Of a stretch of 64,000 bases of DNA, positions 49,709 through 62,648 are shown piece by piece; the first letter of the stretch is position 1; each line of letters begins with the position of its first letter. The notes beneath the pieces are model-generated. The model was not told the DNA's origin, searched no databases, and saw only the letters and a list, made by a program, of their open reading frames with translations. The stretch is from positions 9,176,001-9,240,000 of the forward strand of contig JBHGNT010000013.1 of assembly GCA_043228905.1 (NCBI GenBank), written 5' to 3'. Source of the DNA: Azolla caroliniana (taxonomy: Eukaryota > Plantae > Polypodiophyta). The translations under genes and the position numbers were made by a program.

Positions 49709-51790
49709 TTATCTTGAGTATGGAGAACGAGATGGAGATGGAGATCTTGAATAACCTCCTCGCCTGGGACTATGGTAGGGAGAATACGCTGGTGACCTTC
49801 CACCCCTATCCCGCCCATACCTGCTGCTGCCTCTGCGGTCAGATGGTGAATAGTCGGGAGAGTAATCTCGGCGGCGTCGATAGGAATCACGTGACCCCTC
49901 ATATTGCCGTCTGCTTCGGTCCCCATACCCTAAAACCCAATACCATGAGTGTTAGAAACAACCTTCTTATGAATCAATTATATTTCAAGCAAAGTCATAC
50001 CTGGCCTTCTGATACCAAGATAGCGACCCGGAGTGGGTGTTCGTGGTCGACGACGTCTTGCCTGGTTCAACAGAAAGAAAGTATCAAACAATTTGATGAC
50101 TATCATAGATAAATGGTTTGCTCAATCAATCAACTTCCAAACAATCCAGATCTGAGGTATTCAATGAGCAGATGTATGTATAGCCTACAGGAAATTGTGC
50201 ATAGAAATATCCTATATATGCAGCTATGAAAGATAAAGGATGAAATGGCATGAACTAGTCTGCTATAAAACAAAACTCTGTCCGACTCTTGCAAATTATA
50301 TTGCACAAACTGGTGCAAATCTTTTGAGCAAAATATACCCGAACTTAGATGTCTTGCTTAAAGTTGTGTTCATTGTTTGAACTTTGAAAGGAAGTATGGT
50401 AAGTATGTCATTTGCTAAGTTGGTGCAAAGCAGGAACTTAAATAATTTGACCAAGTGATCTAGTGTTGTAGCTCTGAGATTTTGTTTGCCTTGGCACCAC
50501 AAAGAAGCTGAAAACAAATCTGAATATTTGAATCAAATTTTCAGCAACTCTTAAGCTCTGTAAAATTTGCAAACCAAGGTATGATACAACTGTCCAGGTG
50601 GACAAAAATAAAACAGCCAACCAAGGTCGACATACCACAAGAACAAATTGCATAGGAAAGGCATATATAGTACCCTTTCAACTGTGATCACCCTTCCATC
50701 AAGGGTAGCTCCATTTAAGTATTTCATACACTTTTCGGCCATGGCAACAGAATCCATTGTAATGAAAGCAAATCCACGAGATGCTCTCGATCGCGCATCT
50801 ACAACCAACCTGCATTCCACCACCTAAAAACAACATGTCCCAAATCTGAGCAAATCATGTAGCATGTTAATCTCTTGTGTTTTGGTGATCTCAGATCACA
50901 AATTAAGCAGGCATTTAGAGGGTGTGGATGAAAGATTTTACTCGTATTACCTTGCCCTCCTTCGCAAAGTAGTCTTCTAAATCACTCTCTGTTGTTCTGG
51001 TGGACAGACCTGTGACAAACAAGTTATTTCCAGGGTTTCCTGCATCATGCCTAGGACTCCTGCCAAATAGGAAAATTTTAATTAATAACTGGGACAAAAT
51101 ATATAAAATTTGGGACTAGAGAGGAGGGCAGAAAACACACCTGGAACCACTTCTTGACCTTGAACGTGAGCGTCCCCTGGCAACAGGAGAGCGAGACCGA
51201 GACCGAGACCTTGAGACAGTTCCAGACCGATGCTTTGATGGCCTTCTAGAAGGCGATACAGAGTATCTGCAAGAATTCTTCATCCCATGATCATCATCAT
51301 CCCATGTGTATACCAGAAAACAGATATCCCACTCTGACTCTCACGTTACCAATCCTAATAATGAAAGTATAATGCTTGCGTTTCTCAAATTGACATCTCT
51401 CTCAATTACAGCTTTTCAAGTGGCATGCCACCTCTCCTCTCATGGCCCAGCTTCTACATTTTCTGGTTTTTATATAAACACCAGTATATGTAACATACCA
51501 CACAAGAAAAATTTCATATAGCAGCCAGAATAGGCGACCAGAACATATTTTGCGCTGCACCAAAACAGTGCTACCATCGATGTGGGCTACTCTTGCGAAA
51601 GAAAAGAGGAGCTCTAAAACAAAACAAAGAAGAAGAAGAAGAAGAAGAAGAAGAAGATTACCGGCGTGAGGGAGGATCCGCCTGCACAAAACCATTTCTC
51701 ACGAGGTAAGTGACAAAGAAGATATGCGTTGTCTGAGAGACAGACAGACAGACAGAAACGGGTGGAGGCCAAGACGTTCGTTACCATCAT
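49709..51790 (-). CDS. SR45a: SR45a/Transformer-2-like RS-RRM-RS splicing factor, 230 aa; coding exons 51785-51790, 51662-51681, 51141-51266, 50951-51059, 50674-50823, 50001-50061, 49709-49929
   Basis: All six introns are GT-AG and the exons join to 693 nt in frame. MMADPPSRRYSVSPSRR...RSRSRSRS; RRM with NPGNNLFVTGL (RNP2) and RGFAFITM (RNP1); TRA2 signature RTPTPGRYLG; C-terminal RS/SPY region. Confidence 0.92.
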
Positions 51791-51905
51791 CTGCTGTTGC
51801 TGTTGCTGTTGGTGTTGGTGTTGCTGAATCTGTGTCTGTGTCTGCGTCTGTATCTGTTTCTGTTTCTGTTGCTGCAGCTAATGCTCCTGCTCCTGCTCCT
51901 GCTCC
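51791..51905 (-). repeat. Compound hexamer microsatellite in the SR45a 5' UTR
   Basis: (AGGAGC)n, (AACAGA)n, (CACAGA)n and (AACAGC)n runs directly upstream of ATGATG. Confidence 0.8.
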
Positions 51906-52097
51906 TTCGCGAAGACGCGGGGGGAGAGGAGGGGTTCTTCTTATTAACAGAAAAAAGAAAAGGGCAAGTCCAAGAAAGAAAAGAAAGAAAGAAAGTGAAG
52001 GAAGGAAGGAATCCCACCGCCGCCGATGGGATTGACACACAGAGTGTGGCGTGTGTTTAGATTACATTTTAAGATTAGATTAGACCTAACAAACAAG

Positions 52098-52641
52098 AGC
52101 GACACCACAGTGTGGGAGGTGATGCACATGAAGACGATGACATACATTTGGTGCTTATCGACATGAGCCTGTACAACAACTTCAATGGAGAGAGCAAGGC
52201 TCAATGAAGATCAGCATCATGTTCCAGAACAAGAATGTCGTTAATCGGGTTTCGGTATTCCGGAAGCTAGTGAGGCTCCGGTACCAGGACAACTCCAATA
52301 TGGCGGAGCACATGAAAATGCCTTCTAGGGGCTAATACATCAAGCAACCTCATTGGAAGTACCTCTCGCCGATGAGGTACTTGCTCTACTCCTGCTCGGT
52401 TCCTGTTACCGTACGAGATGTATGGGTGATTGATAAGTGTGACAAGTGAGGGTGAAAGATGTAATGTGTGGATATGTATGTGTGATTTTATACGATTATG
52501 AGTGTGAATGTAAGTGTGAGTGTGGTAGATACAAAGAGGTGTGAGTGAGTGACTAGGTGTGAATGCCAAGGGGGTTGCACCCTTGTGGATCTACCCCTTT
52601 GTACCTATTAAACCCCTTATGGGGAATGAATGAATAGAATG

Positions 52642-52699
<58 letters not shown>

Positions 52700-55600
52700 A
52701 CATCTCTCTCTCTCTCTCTCCCCCTTAACATTGAACCCCCTTGGGAGGGGGGTGGAGCCATTCTAAGCACCACCCCCCACCCCACAATGCTTCTCAATGC
52801 TTGTTGTCTCTCTCACCATCAATCCCAGAATGCTCATCATCCTCATCAAACACACCATCTCCATCACAAATCATCATCACCATTAACCCTAACCCTAAAA
52901 CCTACAACACCTTTTGGCGACCACTAAGGCGACCCCCCTTTGGAGATGGAGTCGACGAATGATCAGCGACAGTATGATGTGCGAGAGGAACTCACGGAAT
53001 GATATGTGGTAGAAGTATGTGCAAGAGAGCAAGAAATCAAACCGACAATGTACAAGAAATGTGCGATAATGGTGACGATGTGATGTGCGAGAAATCGAAT
53101 TTATGATGTGTAGCAAATCAAATCGGTAATGTGCAAGAAATGGTGACCACAATGTGCTGGAAATGGCCATGATAACGAATAAAAGAAAGTCATAGCTACA
53201 ACCGGAATGACAGAGAGATCGACAACGATGACGATGACGATGGCCAAACCGAAGAGGATCGGGACAAGAACCAGATAGCCAAAAAGACATGGCCGTTCGT
53301 GTCGAATGACAACGGAGATGACCAGGGATTTTGGCCGGGATGAACGAAGTCAGTCGGACAACGACAGATATGCGAAGAGACAAAGACTGCTGAAGAATGA
53401 CTTGATGGTCGGAAAGAAAGAACGAACGGTTGAACGGATGGACAGAAGAATGAATGAGGGACCGGAAAGATAGGGTCAAAGACGGATGGCAGCCGAACAA
53501 CGGCCGAGACAAGGGCCGGATGAAGCAGCATCAGCGGCCAAACAAACGATGGCGGCCGTACAACCGGCCAGAGACACGCTGGACAAAGACGGCCAAAACA
53601 GCGACAGTGACGCCGAAAAGCGACGGACCTCAGCCAAAACAGACGACCGAATAGGGCCGACAAGGCCGGCGACAGAGACATTTGGAGATGGATCAGACAG
53701 ACATGGCCAGACGGGCCAGACAATGGAAAGAGTGGCCAGAAGGGCCGAAAACCGGTCGAAATAGCCGGACAATGGATGGTGCAGCCGGAGCGGCCGGGGA
53801 AACGAAGGAGGTTGGACAACAAGTGGCGGCAAAAAAATCAACAACCGAACAGACAGCCGAAGCGGCTCGAGAAGCGGTTGGATAGCAACCGGAATGGCAA
53901 CACCACTCTGAAAAGCGACGAGAATGGTCGGAGAGTCGACGGCCTGAACGGTGATGACACTGAAACGACGGGCCAGACAACTGAACAATGGCTGGAGGGC
54001 CAGAAAGACAATAACGGCCGGATCAGACAGACGAACCGGACGGAGTCGGAGAGCCGGATAGCAGTTGGAGCGGCCGGACAAGAGCCAGAGAGCCGGAATG
54101 GCCGAACAACAACGGCCACATCGGCAGTCAAACGTCATCCGGTCGTAAAGAATAGAGACAGTCGGACAGAGATGGCAGACCAGAAAATGGCCGGACATGG
54201 TCGATAGAGACGCCAAACGATGGCAGAACAACAACGGAAAGCAATGGCCAGACAGCCACGTTCGAACATCGGAGGACACCAATGGCAACGATGACGGAGC
54301 CAGAGATGGAAACAAAAACAAAAACAGAGATCGAGACGGAGATGAACAGAGAAGGCTGTATAGACACAACGACACACAACGACAGACAAGAACAGAGCGT
54401 GACAGCCACAGACAATGGACATAGCAGTGGTGAAAGAAGGAAGAAGAAATAGAAAACGGAGATGAAGGAAAGAAAGAGAGAAAAGGGAAGAAGAAATAGA
54501 AAACACAAAGAAAGAGACGTTGACGAAGAAGAAAACAAGAAGAAGAAGAAGAAGAAGGAAGGAATCGGAGGAGACAGACCGATAGAAAGGAGGGAAAACA
54601 GAAGCAAGAGAATAAGAAGGAAACAAGACAAGAAAAAAGAGGGAAAAAGAGAATGATAAGGGGCATTTGAGGAGTTTTGAAAACCTAAGGGCATCCAAAG
54701 AATTTCGAAAAACATGATGGCATCGTCAAAATTTTAAAAAATCAAAGGGCACCTACGAAATTTCGAAAACTCATGAACCTAAAAGAAATGGACGTGATCC
54801 ACACGCGACTCACAAGATACAAAGAAGAACACACATACATACAATGTTTTTTTGACGACCCAAATAATGTTACCGAAGTTCGTGAACCAACAGAACGGGA
54901 ATGTTCGTGTCGATGAAGATTCGTTGATCGACAAAGATGTTCGAGTCAAGCACTCCAATCGAGGGAGTCGATCGTTGAGAGGACCGATGGAAGTTCTGGT
55001 CGAAGAAAGATTATGATCAAGGCATGAGGGATCGACGTGCAAGGTACTCTCCCATGGGCATGACATATTGTGTTACCGTACGAGATGTATGGGTGATTGA
55101 TAAGTGTGATAAGTGAGGGTGAAAGATGTAATGTGTGGATATGTATGTGTGATTTTATACAATTATGAGTGTGAATGTATGTGTGATTTTATACGATCAT
55201 GAGTGTGAATGTAAGTGTGAGTGTGGTAGATACAAAGAGGTGTGAATGAGTGACTAGGTGTGAATGCCAAGGGGGCTGCACCCTTGTGGATCTACCCCTT
55301 TGTACCTATTAAACCCCTTATGGGGAATGAATGAATAGAATGATCATTTCTCTCTCTCTCTCTCTCTCTCTTTAACATCTTTCTCTCTCTCTCTCTCTCT
55401 CTCTCCCCCTTAATGTTGAACCCCCTTGGGAGGGGGGTGGAGCCATTCTAGGCACCATCCCCCACCCCACAATGCTTCTCAATGCTTGTCGTCTCTCTCA
55501 CCATTCACCAATCATCATCATCATTAACCCTAACCCTAAAACCTACAACAGTTCCCTCCCGGATAGCTGGGAGACGTTAGTTGTCACGTTGGGTAACGCC

Positions 55601-58600
55601 GGGCCGGAAGGAAAACAACTATCCCTAGCAAGAGTCAAGTCGAGCTTGCTAGATGAGGAGGCGCATCGGAAAGACAAGGAGGTGATCTCCGATGCCAAAG
55701 CCCTCCTTACCGAATCGGAACGTGGAAGACAAAGGAATCGGAGTCCCTAGAACCGGGAAAAGTCGGGGACACGGTCAAAGTCAAGGGGGAGGCCCATTTG
55801 CTTCTATTAAGGCAAGCCGGGGCACTTCTAGAAGAAATGTCGGCATTTCCGGAAAGACAAGGGAACCGATAGTATGGATTCGAAGAAGTCACCGGACCGA
55901 AACGGTTTGGATCGGCGAGGCCTGGACCGAAAGGGAACGACGGCGATCACGACAAGTGAAGAAGAACTAATGCTCATCACCGAGGAGAGTGAGTTGAACC
56001 TTGCCAGCGATGAGACAATGTGGGTTGTCGATTCCGGAGCGTCGTTCCACCTTACCTCAGACCGGAAATGCTTCTCATCCTACACAACCGGTAAGCACGG
56101 TTGTGTCCGGATGGGGAATGAAGGAACATGTCGAATTGTTGGCATAGGAGACGTGTGGTTGATGACACCAACCGGATGCAAGTTGTTGTTGAAGGATGTC
56201 CGACACGTTCCGGAGGTTTGATTGAGCCTAATATCAGCCGGTCAGCTAGATGATGAAGGCTACATGGGTAGCATTTGGAACGGAGTCATGAAGGTCAGCA
56301 AGGGGAGCCTAATGGTGGCTCGGGCCCGGAAAGTCAACACATTGTACCTGATGAACGCTCAGTTATGCCAGGAAGAAGAAGTGAACGTTGCTTTCGACAC
56401 TGCCAGTGAGCTATGGCACAAAAGACTATGTCACATGAGTGAGAAGGGGATGAAGAGGCTTGCCGAAGACAACCTAATTCCGGTGAAGGACGTGCAACTT
56501 GAGAAGTGCACCGATTGCTTGGCTGGCAAGCAAAACCGAACCTCCTTCCGGTCAAGACCACCGATGAGACGGAATGCACCACTGGAGCTGGTGCATACCG
56601 ATGTGTGTCAAGTGGACACGAAGTCACATACCGAATCACAGTACTTAGTGACGTTCATAGATGACCACAACTGGAAGTTGTGGGTCTCACCATTGAAGAC
56701 AAAGGATCAGGTGCTATCCGTCTTCAAGGAGCTCCACGCGAGAGTGGAAAGAGAAACCGACCGGAAGTTGAAGGTGGTTCGAGCAAATAACGGAGGAGAA
56801 TACCAAGGGCAGTTCGAGGAGTATTGCCAGTCGAAGAGAATCCGGCTTGAATTTACCGTGCCGAAGACGCCGGAATTGAACGGGTTGGCCAAAAGGATGA
56901 ACCGAACCATAATGGAGAGAGTCTGGAGCATACTCGCACATGCCAAGTTACCCAAGACGTTTTGGGCTGAGGCGTTGTCGACGGCGACCTATGTGATAAA
57001 CAGATCACCCTCAGTACCCTTGGATGGAGACACACCTCAGAAAGTATGGACCAGTAAAGATGTCTCTTACCGGCATCTGAAGGTGTTCGGGTGTCTCGCA
57101 TACGTGCATGTGGCGAAGGACTAGAGAACAAAGCTACATCCGAAGTCCAGGCCATGCATATTCCTTGGATACAGCGATGATGAGTTTGGTTACCGGGTGT
57201 GGGATTTGGTCCACAAGAAGGTGTTCCGGAGTCGGGACATAGTCTTCATGGAGGACAGGACCATTGCCGACTGGGAGTCAGAGAAGAAGATGATCAACTC
57301 CGGATCATCCAATGAAAACCAGCTTGAGGACACAAGGACTTACCCGGTTGAAAACCAGACGCTAGCCGGTAACCGGATGACACTCGACGAACCGGCCGGA
57401 TACGGACAAGAAACCGAACCGACCGAAGAAGAAGAAGAAGAAGAAGAAGAAGACACCGGAACTGGACAAGATCCCGAATCAGATTTGGATGAGGAACAAA
57501 TGGAGGAACCGATAGTTAGAAACCAAGTACGGAGATATCCTCTTTGAGAGAGAAGAGCTCCCCGGAGATTTCCGGATGCAGAGCATGTGTTGCTAACCGA
57601 TGAAGGGGAGCCAGAAAGCTTCGAAGAAGCAAAGAGAGACACCCACAGCCGCAAGTGGTTGAGTGCTATGCAGGATGAGATGGATTCCCTGCATGAGAAC
57701 CATACATATGAACTAACGAAGTTGCCGAAAGGGAAGAGAGCACTCCAGAATAAGTGGGTGTACAAGCTGAAACCGGGAGATGCTGGAAATCCACCTAGGT
57801 ATAAGGCCCGAATCGTGGTGAAGGGCTTCCAGTAGAAGAAAGGAGTAGACTTCGACAAGATATTTGGCCCGGTAGTAAAGATGACATCCATCCGGACAGT
57901 ATTGGGCATAACGGCAAGCATGGACCTCGAGGTAGAGCAATTGGACGTCAAGACATTATTCCTCCATGGTGACCTCGAAGAGGAGATCTACATGCAGCAA
58001 CCAGAAGGATTCATGAAGAAAGGGAAGGAGCACCTGGTGTGCCGGCTGAAGAAGAGCCTATACGGACTGAAGCAAGCCCCTCGACAATGGTACCGAAAGT
58101 TCGACTCCTTCATGATGGACCAAGGGTACCACAAGATGCAGGCCAATCACTGCATGTTTGTGAAGAAATTTGATGGAGGAGATTTCTTGATACTCCTCCT
58201 GTATGTGGATGATATGATGATCGTCGGACGAGACCAAGTCAAAATACGGATGCTGAAGAAGGCCCTAAATCGGACCTTCTCAATGAAAGACTTGGGTCCG
58301 GCAAGTCAAATATTGGGGATGCACATCATCTGGGACCGGTCGAAGAAACTATTGTGGCTGTCACAGGAAAAGTACGCGACGAAGGTGCTTCAGCGGTTCA
58401 ACATGTCGGATGTGAAACCGGTCGGATCGACACTTCTGGCAAATTGCAAGCTATCTGGAAAGCAGAGCCCAAGGATAAAGGCGGAGAAGGCTGATATGAT
58501 GAAGATACCATATGCCTCTCTTGTCGGGATCTTGATGTACGTAATGGTGTCTACCCGGCCGGATATCGGATATGCAGTCGGAGTGGTGAGCCATTTCATG

Positions 58601-59634
58601 AGCAATCCCAGAAGAGAGCACTGGAATGCAGTCAAGTGGATACCCCGGTATTTGAAAGGCAACTCGAGCATGTGCCTCCAATTCGGCTCTGGTAAACCCC
58701 AACTTGATGGATTCACGGATTCAGATATGTCGGCTGATATGGATACCAACCGGTCCACATCCGGTTATTTCATGACTTATGCAGGGGGAGCTATTTCGTG
58801 GCAGTCGAGGTTGTAGAAGACGGTTGCATTGTCAACCACGGAAGCGGAGTACATGGCAGTTGTGGAAGCCAGCAAGGAAATAATCTAGATGAAGGACTTC
58901 ATCGGTGAGCTAGGGATCTGATAGGAGGAATACCAACTCTATTGCGATAGTCAGAGTGCCATCCACCTTGCAAAGAATGCGGCCTACCATTCCCGAACGA
59001 AACATATCCAACGGAGGTACCGCTGGATCCGGGAGAGAGTAGAAGATCAAGAGTTCGTGCCGACGAAGATCCACATGGAGGAGAACGGGTCAGACATGCT
59101 GACCACAGTGCTGGCAATCGACAAGGTAGACGCATGTTGAAAGCGGATCAGGCTGACGAGACATCCCATGCCACAGTGAAGGGGGAGATTGTTGGGAAAT
59201 CGGTCCCTCCGGATGGGATCTGATGATGGATGTAGAAGATCCAGTGATAACCAGATGTAGAAGACATATTTGTAAATAGTCCTAAAGGCATATTAGTATA
59301 AATATGACCTAGGGCAAACACTTATTGTGTGGTTGTTGTTTTGTTGTCATATTGTTGTAACTGTTGTACAAATACATATAGAGAGAGAGAGCGTGAGAGT
59401 TGCTACGAGCACTCTCTGTTGTAACCACCGCCTGGTGAAGATTGTGAGCACGAGGTTGTTGCTTCGGTGCCTGCACTTTGTATTTCCCCTCTTCATAGTG
59501 ATAGTTCAGAGTCTGTCGGCTCCTGTCGGCTCCACGTAAACTTTCTGTGTCATTTCTGTGTACTCTCTCATCCATTCCCATTTCTGTGATTCAATACTCC
59601 GTTGTGGCCGAGCGATATTCCGTGATTCTCAACA
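52098..59634 (+). mobile_element. Copia D: 5'-truncated member of the Copia A family, host of element I
   Basis: Starts inside gag (TVWEVMHMK, matches ~4330). PR WVVDSGASFH, IN, RT YVDD, RH. PPT GAAGGGGGAG. 3' LTR 59190-59634. No 5' LTR or PBS. Confidence 0.92.
52404..55550 (+). mobile_element. Element I: non-autonomous (LARD-like) LTR element of the B/O lineage
   Basis: LTRs 52404-52909 and 55071-55550 with (CT)n tracts. TSD GTTCC. PBS TGGCGACCACT at 52915. No recognisable coding domain. Shares the pre-3'-LTR motif with B and O. Confidence 0.9.
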
Positions 59635-61509
59635 TGTGCTTAGATTCTCAAAGATTAATGAAGAAATTGCAATTGCTTCAAGAGTCTTTGTGTTACTAAT
59701 GCAGCATCATCCTCGATTACCCTCACTATTTTGGAAGTGAGCATCATAGTCGGTGATTGTTGCTTGTAGCCACTCTTTCACTACTTTGATATTTCCTTAC
59801 ACAAGTACAATTTTGTCTTCAACAAGGATCAAGTGTCCTTGACCTTGGCTCAATAGCTTTGATGCACTCCATATAGTCATTTAATTTGGCTTCATTGCAT
59901 ATGCTCCTTTGGTGCTACTCTCAACCTTGTGTGCTTCCACTCGATTAGATATGCCTTGATCATGGAGGCTATGCACAATTCTTCAACCTCATATACTTTG
60001 TTCCTTGGAAACATGATTGAAGCTTTTGTTGTTGCAAGTTATTTGGCCAAGTGCTAAGCATGGATGTTTTTGTGGTGTCATCTTCTTGTGCTGAGGATAC
60101 AACTATGTTTTGTTTTTTGAAGCCTCTTCATTTGCATGGGTGAGAGTTTCATTCATGGGTTGATGGATAGAGAGGTGGCATGCCACTAGAGTGGGTGGTT
60201 AGCGTTGTTCCATGCATGAGCATAACTCATCAGGAGATAGGTTTTTCGTAGTTTTCCCTAATATTATGATGGGTACATGTGGGTTAATTCTAAACAGAAC
60301 GAGAGTTTTAATTGTAATATTCAATTCTGTGGTGGGGGATAACTATTAAGTTTCTTATCACCTCCACTACTTCACTTAAAGTAGTTAAGTGTGAACACAG
60401 TAGGGCCTAGAGTTTTTGCCTGTATAAGAAGACTAGCTACTGTCTTATCAGGGAGGACCGTGTGAATTATGTTGAGACTATGGTATTGTGGATGTGGCTC
60501 TTATTATCTAAGCATGTGTGATCCTCAGAGAGCCCAAGGTATGACTCACATCAACCCTCGATGGTATGGGACATCGGGGAGGTTCGGGTCCATGTCACAC
60601 CACTACTAGGGGGTGGTCGGGTGGTTTGACACACATCTTTCCTTTCTTTGGTCTATAATTCCTTATGTTTTTCTCAATGAACTAGTTAGATGCTAACAAT
60701 AGATATCAGAGCATATTGATTTTTCTTTCCATGTTTTAAATTGTTATTTTGTGATCCTTGGAGCAACAAACGAGGCATGACCTCTCAATCTATGAATAAG
60801 TGGAGTGTGAAATTTGGTATTTATTGAAAAAAGAAAAAAATCTATTACCTTGTTTCTCATCATATATTCTCTTTGATTGTGTATCACAACTATGTGTGGC
60901 AATTCTATATGTGTTCGTGTGCTAAAATTTGCATTCCTTGTGGGATATGCGTTCAGTGGTGTATGGTTGTGTTTTTCCATCTTTAAATGTTGAAATTAGG
61001 CACTCCTTTCCTTATAAAAGGAGGGGAAGAGGGGTTATTTTGGGTTGCCCATTTTGTGGTTTGGGGCGTACCATTAGGGGGTCGCTCATTTTTTGCCTCG
61101 AGAGTGTACCATTAGGGTTTTGCTTCTTACTTCTTCTTCTCCTCGATGTGTGTGAGGTCTTAGGGTTCTATTTTCCTCTTCGTCGTGACCATTTAGGGTT
61201 CTTCTTTTTGTATTTCTTCTTTTTCTCAAGTGTACTTTAAGATCGATTCTTTAGTGAGTGCCATTACACATTGGTGGATTCAAAGGTGGGGTTAAGCAAA
61301 CTCACACGCCGGTCATTCAAAGGGAGGATGAAGTGGCTTGAGAACACTACTATGATTCAAGGCATCATAGCCATCTGAGGTAGTCACAATCATAGCAGCC
61401 CACTTGACTCGCACTTCATCGGAAACTCAGTTGATTCCCCCAACTTTCATTTCTATTTAACTTAATGGTTCTTCTCATCGCTCATTGTATCACTTCTTGT
61501 TATCATCAT

Positions 61510-62648
61510 TGTACTTATAATTAGGTATTAACTAAGGGTTAATTAGTATCTAATTATGTGAGAGGTTAATCACATAATAATTAGGTATTAACTAAGGGTT
61601 AATTAGTATCTAATTATGTGAGAGGTTAATCACATAATAATTAGGTATTAACTAAGGTTTAATTAGTATCTAATTATGTGAGAGGTTAATCACATATGTG
61701 ATTAAGTCACGGAAGATTAAGTGATGTGTGTGAGAGGAAGAGAGAGAGGAAGTTACACTTATGAACAATAAATGGGGGATGATTAACAAGAATGTAGCTA
61801 GATAACCTTTCTCTATATTAATAAGCATCATCAACTTACAAAAATACCCACAATGAGGTATATATACAACTCATGTGCAAGGGTGCACATGTGTGAGTAG
61901 AATATAGGTACAAGGATGTAAGTCATATATTAAATATACTTGGTAGTGGAAGATCTAGAATGTATCCCCACTACGGACAAGTACAAGATTCTATTTAAGG
62001 GTTTAAGGTCAACCCTTCTATCTAGATTCTATCTAGGTAACTACTAAGTTACGTGGTTGACTAACTCACTAAATCTAGTTGAGCTTGATATCTCAACATT
62101 TGCAATGTATCCTTTGTAAACCCTACTTTAAAAGGGATTTCTTGTTCAATCTTTATTATAGTTCTTCACATTAGTTTATTCTTGTTGAGAGATCAAGCTC
62201 AACTTAGTTTATTTAGTTAGTCAACCATGTAACTTCGTAGTTACCTAGATAGAATCTAGTTAGAAGTGTTGACTATAAAGCCTTAAATAGGATCTTGTAC
62301 TTAAGTGGGATATTCTAGATCCTCCACTCCCAAGTACATTTGTTTAGAATTAGGTGATTAAGCAAGGGTTAATTAGTACCTAATTATGTGATTAAGTTAA
62401 GCACGGAAGATTATGTGATATGTGTGTGTATGTGTGTGAGAGGAAGAGAGAGAGGAAGATACACTTATGAACAATGACTAGATGGGAAATGAGTAACTAT
62501 ATTAAATTAGCATTATCATCATCAAATACAAAAATACCTACAATGAGGTATATATAGATCTCATGTGCAAGGGTGCACATGTGTGAGGATAATATAGGTA
62601 CAAAAGTGTAAGTCCTATATTAAATGTACTTGGGAGTAGACGATCTAG
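61510..62648. mobile_element. Cluster of three related LTR-like pieces (direct, inverted, direct)
   Basis: ~61930-62098 is the reverse complement of 62183-62340; ~61690-61960 repeats directly at ~62385-62648. Ends TCTCAACA / TGTTGAGA. Confidence 0.75.
61517..61696. repeat. 60-bp tandem repeat x3
   Basis: ATAATTAGGTATTAACTAAGGGTTAATTAGTATCTAATTATGTGAGAGGTTAATCACATA repeated almost perfectly. Confidence 0.93.

Noticed and set aside
51402-51695. ATG at 51695 as the SR45a start (MVLCRR...)
   Set aside because: It lies in the intron's pyrimidine tract and is out of frame with the spliced RS-RRM product; ATGATG|GT at 51790 gives a clean model.
52895-54715. Many overlapping 140-396 aa ORFs in element I
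   Set aside because: By-product of strong purine/pyrimidine skew; low-complexity translations with no domain motifs.
22806-57123. Same-position TAG stops in Copia A and D (after ...KD; also FQ*KKG) as programmed read-through
   Set aside because: They are CAG>TAG changes at methylation-prone sites among many similar stops, and one duplicate in A retains CAG.
59635-61440. Probable old LTR-element debris (TATA-like ~61012, TGGTGGATTC PBS-like ~61272)
   Set aside because: Too degenerate to define boundaries or domains by eye.
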